Part shown: positions 19,331-27,006 of the stretch, one piece after another
How positions within the stretch are numbered: position 1 is the stretch's first letter
Layout of the letters: the number at the start of each line of letters is the position of its first letter
IMG/VR virus record: IMGVR_UViG_3300035338_000018
Location: 1-40,557 of that record
DNA length: 40,557 nucleotides
Source: a virus
Taxonomy: Duplodnaviria > Caudoviricetes
Reading direction: 5' to 3' (one strand)
Position numbers and translations under genes: made by a program
The notes under the pieces: generated by a model
Told to the model about the DNA's origin: nothing
The model's input: the letters and a program-made list of their open reading frames with translations, nothing else
Databases searched by the model: none

Positions 19331-19360
19331 ATTATACCACGAAATCCCCTTTTTTGTAAT
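19331..19360 (-). promoter_or_regulatory. Moron promoter (extended -10)
   Basis: TGGTATAAT upstream of DUF1643 gene, followed by GAGGTG RBS. Confidence 0.6.
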
Positions 19361-20913
19361 TAAAGAATGAGCAAACCTCTGTCATCATAAACCGATGCAC
19401 CACTGCCATTTCCACACCTTATAGCTCTGTCCAACGCCATAATGATAGCAATTACACCGTCAATCTTCTCCGTAGATTTTTCTTTATCCGCCTTGATATT
19501 TCCAGCTGGGTCTGTCCTTATATGAATGTTATCCATCATCCAACTTAGTACAGGGTGCCCTCCATGAGCAATTCTTTTTTCCAGTGCCAGCTTCATAAGC
19601 TCTTTCGTTGGCGGTGACATATCTTTAAAGCCTTGACCGAAGGGAACCACTGTAAAACCTAACCCTTCCAAGTTTTGCACCATCTGCACAGCGCCCCATC
19701 GGTCAAAGGCGATTTCCTGTATATTAAATTGAGTCCCTAAGTCCTCAATGAATTTTTCAATAAATCCATAGTGAATAACATTTCCCTCTGTAGTTTCTAA
19801 ATGTCCTTGCTGTTTCCAAATGTCGTAAGGGACATGATCCCGTCTTACTCTTAAATCCAGATTATCCTCAGGAATCCAAAAGAAGGGCATAACATAATAT
19901 TTATCATCTTCTTCCGTTGGGGGAAATACCAGCACAAAGGCTGTAATGTCCGTAGTACTAGAAAGATCCAGTCCACCATAACAGACTCTGCCCTTTAGCT
20001 TTTCTGGATCCACTTCAAAGGAGCAATTTTCCCAAGTCTCCATGGGCATCCACTTAATGTTTTGCTTTAACCACATATTTAGTCGCAGCTGTTTAAAAAG
20101 GGCCTCTTCTACTGGATCCTGTTTTGCCTGCTGAAAATGTTCTCGGATCCTTTCGATCTGAATGGTATGCCCTAAACTGGGATTTGCCTTATACCAGTTC
20201 TTTTCATCTTCCCAATCATCTCCCTCATCAAGACCATAAATGATGGGAAGAAATGTATCATCTACTCTTCTCCCATTTAAAATGTCTTTTGCCTTTTGAT
20301 GCATATCCCAGCCATAACCCCTTAGCTTATCTCCTGCTGTGGTAAGATAAATGAATAATGGCTGTTCCCTAGCATCACCGGAACCGGTAGTAAGCATTCT
20401 GGCAAGGTCCGCATTAGGATAGGTCCAGATTTCATCCAAGATAACACAGGAAACATTTAGTCCTGATTTGGATTTGACATCGGAACTTAGCACTTGAAAA
20501 AAGCTCCCCGTTCTTGGATAGACAACCCTTTTGGTAGACATCACCGTTTTTGTCACATTGGATAGTGTTTGATTTCCTTCCACAAAATTCACACTGGTAT
20601 TAAAAATAATGCTAGCTTGTTGTCTATCACAAGCAGCTACATACACTTCTGCGTTAGATTCTCCATCCGCAAGAAGCATATATAGTGCAATGGCGGCGGC
20701 GATTTCCGACTTCCCAGATTTTTTGGGGATTTCCACATATACTGTCCTATACTGCCTGGTGCCATCATCCCTTACAGTTCCAAAGGTCTTTTTTATTAAG
20801 TCAATCTCCCATGGCAGGAGGGTAAAGGGCTTCCCCGCCCACTTTCCCTTGGTAAGCTTTAGCTGCCGGATGAAGTTAATGACTCGATCTGCTTTGTCTT
20901 CTGAGTATGGCAT
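19360..20913 (-). CDS. terL: Terminase large subunit
   Basis: EIPKKSGKS Walker A, ILDE Walker B, GGLDLS, FDRW, KIDG nuclease motifs. Confidence 0.95.
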   Translation of the reverse strand: MPYSEDKADRVINFIRQLKLTKGKWAGKPFTLLPWEIDLIKKTFGTVRDDGTRQYRTVYVEIPKKSGKSEIAAAIALYMLLADGESNAEVYVAACDRQQASIIFNTSVNFVEGNQTLSNVTKTVMSTKRVVYPRTGSFFQVLSSDVKSKSGLNVSCVILDEIWTYPNADLARMLTTGSGDAREQPLFIYLTTAGDKLRGYGWDMHQKAKDILNGRRVDDTFLPIIYGLDEGDDWEDEKNWYKANPSLGHTIQIERIREHFQQAKQDPVEEALFKQLRLNMWLKQNIKWMPMETWENCSFEVDPEKLKGRVCYGGLDLSSTTDITAFVLVFPPTEEDDKYYVMPFFWIPEDNLDLRVRRDHVPYDIWKQQGHLETTEGNVIHYGFIEKFIEDLGTQFNIQEIAFDRWGAVQMVQNLEGLGFTVVPFGQGFKDMSPPTKELMKLALEKRIAHGGHPVLSWMMDNIHIRTDPAGNIKADKEKSTEKIDGVIAIIMALDRAIRCGNGSGASVYDDRGLLIL

Positions 20914-20926
20914 CGTCGTGTACCTC

Positions 20927-21400
20927 CTAGCATCTGAAACTTAATAACTCAGCCATCGGATCATCCTTGACCTGTTCTTCTACATCTACTCTGATACGGC
21001 TTCTAGCTGCTGGAGTTAAACCAAACTCAGAGCAGAAGTCCTTCATGACCTTCAGATACGTCTGGGCGATGGACACATGCGGCACCTGCTGAATGTATCC
21101 TGATGGCGTTTTAAAAATGGTACCGTGCATGGATAGAAATTCCTCAGCTTCTTTCCATCTGGCATAGGCCTGACAATATCCAGCAAAGGCGGTCATATCC
21201 ACCTGTGTGAGAATACCCATAGACTCTAAGATTTTGGCCATTCGTTTCCATTCTTTTTTCGCCTCTGGCTCCAGCCATGGCGGGCATTTGGGCGCTCGTT
21301 TCTCAGGCTGTGGTTCTTTGTCATTTAGTGGTCTTCTCCCTGGATTTCCTTCTAATACTTTTAGTGCTGTCGGTTTTGGTTTTCTGCCTCTTTGGGCCAT
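20927..21400 (-). CDS. terS: Terminase small subunit, P27 family
   Basis: RGRKPKPTALKVLEGNPGRR, FGLTPAARSR. Confidence 0.92.
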   Translation of the reverse strand: MAQRGRKPKPTALKVLEGNPGRRPLNDKEPQPEKRAPKCPPWLEPEAKKEWKRMAKILESMGILTQVDMTAFAGYCQAYARWKEAEEFLSMHGTIFKTPSGYIQQVPHVSIAQTYLKVMKDFCSEFGLTPAARSRIRVDVEEQVKDDPMAELLSFRC

Positions 21401-21421
21401 GGCTTTCACCTCCTCTACAAC

Positions 21422-21443
21422 AAAAAAAGACCCTAAGGTCTTT
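21422..21443 (-). terminator. Terminator after small DUF6900-like gene
   Basis: AAAGACC-TTAG-GGTC then T7. Confidence 0.75.
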
Positions 21444-21459
21444 ATAAATTATTTTTTCT

Positions 21460-21639
21460 TTATTTGTCTTTTCGCCCTTCTTGTCTTCCTAATTCAAAGG
21501 CAAGCTCTAGGGCTTTCTTTACTCCCCATACGGAAACATCATGAAAATCTAGTCCATCAGAGTATCTTGTTTCTAGGGTTTCAATAAAAAGTTCTTCTTT
21601 TGCGATTTCCTCAAGTTTTTTCTCGATTTTTTTATTCAT
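21460..21639 (-). CDS. DUF6900-like 59-aa protein (not in ORF track)
   Basis: MNKKIEKKLEEIAKEELFIETLETRYSDGLDFHDVSVWGVKKALELAFELGRQEGRKDK; purine-rich RBS; own promoter and terminator. Confidence 0.85.
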   Translation of the reverse strand: MNKKIEKKLEEIAKEELFIETLETRYSDGLDFHDVSVWGVKKALELAFELGRQEGRKDK

Positions 21640-21667
21640 GGTTTCCTTCCCCTTTCTTTTGGTGTGT

Positions 21668-21698
21668 ACATATTAGCTCTAGTCAGGGAATATATCCA
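21668..21698 (-). promoter_or_regulatory. Promoter of DUF6900-like gene
   Basis: TGGATA-17bp-TAATAT within AGAGCTAATATGT. Confidence 0.55.
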
Positions 21699-21722
21699 GT
21701 ACATTTTGCAATACTTGAGGGT

Positions 21723-22958
21723 TTATTTTTCAATGGCTTTATATTTGATTTTCTGACCATCCCTTAGAAGAAACACATCTTCATCTGTCCCTACATGCTC
21801 AATGAATCTTTTCACAATTACATCCACAAAACGTTCATCCAACTCGGCACCATAGCATATCCTATCCGTCTGTTCACAGGCAACCCATGTACTACCGGAG
21901 CCTCCGAATGGTTCTAATACAATACTATTGGTTAAACTTGAGTTTTTAATGGGATAAGCCAATAAAGGCACAGGTTTCATGGTACTGTGAAGATTGTTTT
22001 TAGAAGGTTTGTCAAATTCCCAAACTGTTGTCTCTGCCCTTCCTGCATACCATTTGTGCTTCCCTTTTTTCTTCCAGCCAAATAGACAGGGCTCATGTTT
22101 CCACTGATAAGGAGACCTTCCTAATACCAAGGATTGTTTTACCCACTGGCATACTCCCGAGAGATAAAATCCAGCATCTTGGAAAGCTTTTCTAAAAATA
22201 TGCCCTTTTGTATCTGCATGGAACACATAGATTGAAGCATCATTCGCCATATGGTTTTCCATATTTATAAATGCATCATAAAGAAACTGATAAAACTCAT
22301 CGTCCTTTAAATTGTCATTTTGAATCGTTCCTTGACTTCCATTATAGGAGACTCCATAAGGAGGGTCCGTCACAACTAAATTTGCTTTTTTCCCATCCAT
22401 TAAGCTTTCATAGGTTTCAGCCTTAGTACTATCCCCACACACCAATCGATGTCTCCCCAAGAGCCAAAGGTCTCCTTGTTTTGATATCGGTTCTTCTTCC
22501 AAAGCTGCATCTACATCAAAATCATCATCGGACACTTCTTTGTCATGAATATTAGAAAATAGGTCATCAATCTCTGCTGCATTAAAACCGGTAAGCTCTA
22601 CATCGAAGTTCAGGTCTTTCAAACTTTCAAGCTCTACTGCTAAAATCTCATTATCCCAGCCAGCATCAAGGGCCAGTTTGTTATCTGCAATGATGTAGGC
22701 TTTCTTCTGAGCCTCCGTTAAATGCTCCACCATTACACAGGGCACTTCTTTTATCCCTTCTGCTTTTGCAGCCTCACACCGTCCATGTCCAGCGATGATA
22801 TTTTTATCTTTATCAATCAGCACTGGGTTCACAAATCCAAACTCCCGAAGGCTGCTGCGGATTTTGGTAATCTGCTCTTTGCTATGGGTCCTGGCATTAT
22901 TCGCATAGGGGATAAGCTCATCAATGGGTAAGAGCTTCATTTCTTCTGTTGTTTTCAC
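21723..22958 (-). CDS. ParB-like domain fused N4/N6 DNA methyltransferase
   Basis: LIPYANNAR, IIAGHGR, IADNKL; TDPPY; HSTMKP; PFGGSGST. Confidence 0.92.
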   Translation of the reverse strand: MKTTEEMKLLPIDELIPYANNARTHSKEQITKIRSSLREFGFVNPVLIDKDKNIIAGHGRCEAAKAEGIKEVPCVMVEHLTEAQKKAYIIADNKLALDAGWDNEILAVELESLKDLNFDVELTGFNAAEIDDLFSNIHDKEVSDDDFDVDAALEEEPISKQGDLWLLGRHRLVCGDSTKAETYESLMDGKKANLVVTDPPYGVSYNGSQGTIQNDNLKDDEFYQFLYDAFINMENHMANDASIYVFHADTKGHIFRKAFQDAGFYLSGVCQWVKQSLVLGRSPYQWKHEPCLFGWKKKGKHKWYAGRAETTVWEFDKPSKNNLHSTMKPVPLLAYPIKNSSLTNSIVLEPFGGSGSTWVACEQTDRICYGAELDERFVDVIVKRFIEHVGTDEDVFLLRDGQKIKYKAIEK

Positions 22959-23087
22959 ATGGTCACCTCATTCTATTTTTAGTATAAAAAAACACCCTTA
23001 AACCCCTCTATTTTTCAGGATTTTCAGGTGTAAAATTCTTCATAAAGCTTGTATTATCAACGTTTCCAAAGGATTGAAGGGCTTTGA

Positions 23088-23185
23088 TACCCCCCTCTGG
23101 AATTTCGCGACTTCGCACATAATGGAGGGCGTCGGTCCTTGTAAACACTGGGTTTGGAGATAATATGGGCCCCTCCCCCTCTGGT
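23088..23185 (-). other. Probable cos/packaging region
   Basis: Non-coding GC-rich tract after HNH with G-runs and duplicated CCAGAGGGGG flanking GACCGACGCCCTC; position typical of HNH-assisted cos phages. Confidence 0.5.
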
Positions 23186-23191
23186 CTCCAC

Positions 23192-23551
23192 CTAGTATTT
23201 GTACTCCGGGTGCTGGTCTTTTGTTCCTGTCTTTTTGTCATGACATCTCTTGCAAAGACTTTGGAAGTTGCTCTCGTCCCAGAACAATTCAGGGTCACCA
23301 CGATGTGGAACGATATGATCCACTACAGTAGCTTTTACAAGTTTCCCTTCTTCCTTGCACTTAACGCAGAGGGGATGAACCTTTAAGAACCTAGCTCTAG
23401 CTTTCCTCCACCTGCTGTCATACCCGCGCTTCGCTGCACTGGGTCTATCACCACGGTGCAATACCTCATGCTTGTCGCAATAGGACCTACCATACTGTAC
23501 CAGGGCAGGACACCCAGGGTGCTTGCAGGGGACGTTTGGTTTCCTCGGCAT
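23192..23551 (-). CDS. HNH endonuclease (terminase-associated)
   Basis: RGYDSRW, PLCVKC, VVDHIVPH.GD..LFWD..N.QSLC..CH; GGAGGTG RBS. Confidence 0.92.
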   Translation of the reverse strand: MPRKPNVPCKHPGCPALVQYGRSYCDKHEVLHRGDRPSAAKRGYDSRWRKARARFLKVHPLCVKCKEEGKLVKATVVDHIVPHRGDPELFWDESNFQSLCKRCHDKKTGTKDQHPEYKY

Positions 23552-23571
23552 CTGTTCACCTCCTGATGTGT

Positions 23572-23609
23572 ATAAGAAAAGCCCTTGCAGGTAGTACCCA
23601 CAAAGGCTT
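23572..23609 (-). terminator. Long hairpin with U-rich tail just after late promoter
   Basis: AAGCCTTTGTGGGT-ACT-ACCTGCAAGGGCTT then TTCTT. Confidence 0.6.
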
Positions 23610-23633
23610 GTTAGATATATTTTCACTAACACC

Positions 23634-23690
23634 ATTTTAGCATAGGGGCTATGTGTCCTCAAGTGAACTCAGGTGAACTTAGGTGAACTT
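23634..23690 (-). promoter_or_regulatory. Late promoter with three 10-bp activator-binding repeats
   Basis: AAGTTCACCT/AAGTTCACCT/GAGTTCACTT upstream of extended -10 TGCTAAAAT. Confidence 0.7.
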
Positions 23691-24323
23691 ATATAAACTC
23701 TTTTTCTTGCGAGAGTAAAGTACTGCTTTAATAGCTGGTAAAAGTTTTGTTATGTTAAGATTTATATTTTCTGTGGAAATCCGTATAACTTCATATCCAT
23801 CACCTAGTTTTTGTTCTATAACTTCATCCCTTATTATTTCCTTCGTATTTTTGTTGTGGTATATAGAACCATCAACTTCCAATGCCACTTTTAAATCTGG
23901 AATAACAAAATCCACTCTATAATCATATACCTTAACTTGATGATGCGCTTTAATTCCCTGTTTTACCAGTTCAAGTGCCACCATTATCTCTTCCGTACTT
24001 TGATACCAACTTGTATTATTAAATCCTCTGCGTACAAGTATAATTGCTTTTTCGTAATCATCAATATTTGTCACTTTTTCTATTCGTTTCAACGCCCTCT
24101 GTAGCTTTTCTTCTTTTTTATCTACTGATAAATCACCTCTGGATTCAAATTCTAATTTGACTAATTCTTTTCGGCAAGAACTACAAATATAGTTCGCACT
24201 ACGGATATAACCCCAATTGGGAACAGGAGTACCACAAATCTTACAAGGGGGATAGTACCAATTAAAACCCTTAGAATCTTTTTGAATAGGAATCTTATCT
24301 TCAAGAGCTTCTTTATGACTCAT
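23679..24323 (-). CDS. Zn-finger + DUF559/Vsr-like endonuclease
   Basis: CKIC...CSSC; YRVDF......ALEVDG..YH; RD....G..VIRI. Confidence 0.75.
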   Translation of the reverse strand: MSHKEALEDKIPIQKDSKGFNWYYPPCKICGTPVPNWGYIRSANYICSSCRKELVKLEFESRGDLSVDKKEEKLQRALKRIEKVTNIDDYEKAIILVRRGFNNTSWYQSTEEIMVALELVKQGIKAHHQVKVYDYRVDFVIPDLKVALEVDGSIYHNKNTKEIIRDEVIEQKLGDGYEVIRISTENINLNITKLLPAIKAVLYSRKKKSLYKFT

Positions 24324-24735
24324 GATTAAACACTCCTTCCAAATCTTCTAATGCTCGACCGTGTAATTTGTATATCCATCTTGTAGAATAAAACATACAC
24401 CTTGCAATTCTATCCCACGATAGTTTTTCAAAATATCGCTTAATTAAAACTGTTTGATGTTCAGTATTTTCTATTTCACCTATAAGTTCTAAAAGAAACA
24501 CTTTCTTCTCCTGCAAAGCTATTTCATCTTCTTTTATTTCTGACTCTAGTGTAACGACTTTACAAATAGCATCTGCCATAGTTGAACCTCCACCATTAGA
24601 TTTTTTGGGCATTCCAGTCATCACAGGAGAAGATGAAGTTTCAGCTAAGCTTCGCAATGCATCAACTCTTTGTTTCTTTGCGTTAATAAAGGCTTCTGTT
24701 CTTGAAAGTTGCCTTAAATATTCTTTAGCTTTCAT
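24313..24735 (-). CDS. Late transcriptional activator (DUF1492/ArpU/RinA-like)
   Basis: MKAKEYL.Q, VLIKRYF..LSW..IA..M.YS.RWIY.LHGRAL. Confidence 0.8.
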   Translation of the reverse strand: MKAKEYLRQLSRTEAFINAKKQRVDALRSLAETSSSPVMTGMPKKSNGGGSTMADAICKVVTLESEIKEDEIALQEKKVFLLELIGEIENTEHQTVLIKRYFEKLSWDRIARCMFYSTRWIYKLHGRALEDLEGVFNHES

Positions 24736-24794
24736 AATGCACCTCCCAAAATTTAAAATTTCCCTCGGATTGGCATTGATTGACTCTGATTTTC

Positions 24795-26162
24795 TTAGAT
24801 GTGCAGGTCTGCTTTTATGGCATCGATGAGTTTTGATTGTGTATCATCCTTTTGGGATAATGCTTCCATAATCCTTTCATCAATCGTGCCTTTTGCAATA
24901 AGGTGCTGCACTACCACGGTTTCCTCTGTCTGTCCCTGTCTCCATAATCGGGCTACCGTCTGTTGGTAAAGTTCCAAACTCCAAGTAAGTCCGAACCACA
25001 CCAGGGTAGATCCGCCACTTTGGAGATTAAGGCCATGTCCCGCAGATGCAGGATGGATAAGTGCCACAGGCAGTTCCCCTTTATTCCACTTACGCGTACT
25101 CTCCTCTGAAGATAAACGACCATAAGTTACTTTCAAAGAATCCAGCCTTTTTGTGATTCTATCAAGATCATGCTGAAACCAATATGCTACTAAGATTGAT
25201 TTTCCATTGGCAGCCTCGATAATATCCTCCAAAGCATCTAGCTTCCTGTCATGGATATGTACCACCTCGCCTGATTCAGAATAAACAGCACCGTTTGCCA
25301 TCTGGCAAAGCTTTCCGGAAAGAGCCGCAGCATTTGCAGCAGTAATTGCTTCATCTTCTTTGTATGGAAGAATCAGGTCTTTTCTCATTTCGTCATAAAG
25401 GGCTGTTTCTCCTTCATCCATATACACCAGATATCTGGTATTAATAAGCTCTGGCATTTTCAAATGGTCCATTGCTTTCATAGAAATGGTGATATCAGAT
25501 ATCTTTTCGTAAATTTTCTCCTCAGCACCAGGCAGTAACTTATAGCTATAAACAATCTGGCCATTCATACGGTCAGGCTTGAAGTAATTGGTGCGGTACT
25601 GTGTAATAAATCTTCCCAGACGTTCTCCCATATCAAGGACCCTGAATTCAGCAAATAAATCCATCAAGCCATTGCTAGAAGGTGTTCCGGTAAGCCCGAT
25701 GACTCTTTTCACCTTCGGTCTAACTTTCATAAATGCCCTAAAGCGTTTACTGCCCCAATTTTTAAAAGAACTAAGCTCGTCTAGAACTACCATGTCGTAA
25801 TCGAAAGGCCTGCCACTTTTCTCAATCAGCCACTGCAAGTTTTCGCGGTTCACAATATAGATATCCGCTTTTACATCAAGCGCTGCCATTCGCTCTTTTG
25901 CTGTTCCGCAGACTACCGAAAAAGATAGCTGCTTAAATTGGTCCCACTTTCTAAGTTCATCTGGCCAAGAAACCAGGGCGACTCTTAACGGTGCTACCAC
26001 CAAAACTTTATTAACTTCAAAGCTGTCATACATCAGCTGTTCAATTGCACTTAACGTTATTGAGGTCTTGCCCAAACCGCAATCAAGGAAAATCGCTGCC
26101 TGGGTATGATCCAGAATGTACTGAATGCAATACTGCTGATATTCATGTGGCTTGTATTCCAT
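24795..26162 (-). CDS. SNF2-family helicase
   Basis: LDCGLGKT, LDELS, GLTGTP, GHGLNLQ, RLWRQGQ; start moved to 26162. Confidence 0.92.
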   Translation of the reverse strand: MEYKPHEYQQYCIQYILDHTQAAIFLDCGLGKTSITLSAIEQLMYDSFEVNKVLVVAPLRVALVSWPDELRKWDQFKQLSFSVVCGTAKERMAALDVKADIYIVNRENLQWLIEKSGRPFDYDMVVLDELSSFKNWGSKRFRAFMKVRPKVKRVIGLTGTPSSNGLMDLFAEFRVLDMGERLGRFITQYRTNYFKPDRMNGQIVYSYKLLPGAEEKIYEKISDITISMKAMDHLKMPELINTRYLVYMDEGETALYDEMRKDLILPYKEDEAITAANAAALSGKLCQMANGAVYSESGEVVHIHDRKLDALEDIIEAANGKSILVAYWFQHDLDRITKRLDSLKVTYGRLSSEESTRKWNKGELPVALIHPASAGHGLNLQSGGSTLVWFGLTWSLELYQQTVARLWRQGQTEETVVVQHLIAKGTIDERIMEALSQKDDTQSKLIDAIKADLHI

Positions 26163-26436
26163 CAAGGATTCCTCCAATCTGTTCTGGGCTGTCAAGAACA
26201 TAAACTTTATATCCAAGAGACCGAAGCTGCTCGTGCCGATGGAGCTGCAGAGGCCTTGGCTCCTTCCCGGGAGCCTTAACCTCGACAAATGCTAACTTTC
26301 CTTCAGGAAGAATTACGATGCGGTCTGGCCAACCCGATGTGCCTGAGTTCCATTTTTCACAAAGGCCACCACGCTTCTTTACTTCCTTTACCAGCTTCTG
26401 TTCAGTGAATTTCTCACGCTTATTCAAAGAGCTCAT
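26143..26436 (-). CDS. VRR-NUC nuclease
   Basis: GWPDR, FVEVKAPG, PRPLQ. Confidence 0.9.
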   Translation of the reverse strand: MSSLNKREKFTEQKLVKEVKKRGGLCEKWNSGTSGWPDRIVILPEGKLAFVEVKAPGKEPRPLQLHRHEQLRSLGYKVYVLDSPEQIGGILDGIQAT

Positions 26437-26743
26437 CAGCCACCTGCCTTGCCCTCTCGATTATTTCTTCATCAAGAGAATTTCGTGGAGTATTATTAAT
26501 CGCTCCATAAAAAACGCTAAGGTAGTCATTACTCAACTCCGGGTGGTCATGGAACATGCGGTCCTCGGCTCTGCTACAGACTTCATCCATTTCGTCTAAG
26601 GTTCTAAGAAGTTTGTCTGTTTCAGCTGCAGGTAACACTTTGGAAATATCCACCACGAGCTTTGTGCCCAGGTTCTTCATCAGGCGCATCTCGGCTCCTG
26701 CCTGTTTATATTCATCAATTGTTCTATCTTTTTTAGGTAACAT
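26420..26743 (-). CDS. Hypothetical phage protein
   Basis: 107-aa ORF with GGAGG RBS. Confidence 0.7.
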   Translation of the reverse strand: MLPKKDRTIDEYKQAGAEMRLMKNLGTKLVVDISKVLPAAETDKLLRTLDEMDEVCSRAEDRMFHDHPELSNDYLSVFYGAINNTPRNSLDEEIIERARQVADELFE

Positions 26744-26794
26744 TCTTTAATCCTCCGATACACATCTTCTTCATCAGCGCTTTAATATTTTAGA

Positions 26795-27006
26795 GTGTGT
26801 CACTCGTGTCACTTATCACATAAACTCTTCTTATATAAATTTTATAATTTATATATAGGACTTTTATAGTAAGAGTGACACGACTGTCACACATATACAC
26901 ATATTGGCTTATACAAATAAGAGAAGTTATAACTTTCCATGGCACGACTGACACCACAGCCATAACTCTCTGAAAACCTTTACTCTACAAGTGGCACGAC
27001 CGTCAC
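26795..27006. repeat. Putative replication origin: four 16-bp iterons around an AT-rich core
   Basis: GTG(A/G)CACGA(C/G)(T/C)G(A/T)CAC at 26797 (inverted), 26875, 26939, 26991. Confidence 0.7.

Noticed and set aside
21723-22958. Methyltransferase as cognate HsdM for hsdR
   Set aside because: It has a ParB-fused DPPY architecture typical of phage orphan MTases, not HsdM.
23008-23301. 97-aa ORF across the cos-like region
   Set aside because: Overlaps HNH, has no RBS or motif, and is better explained as a cis site.
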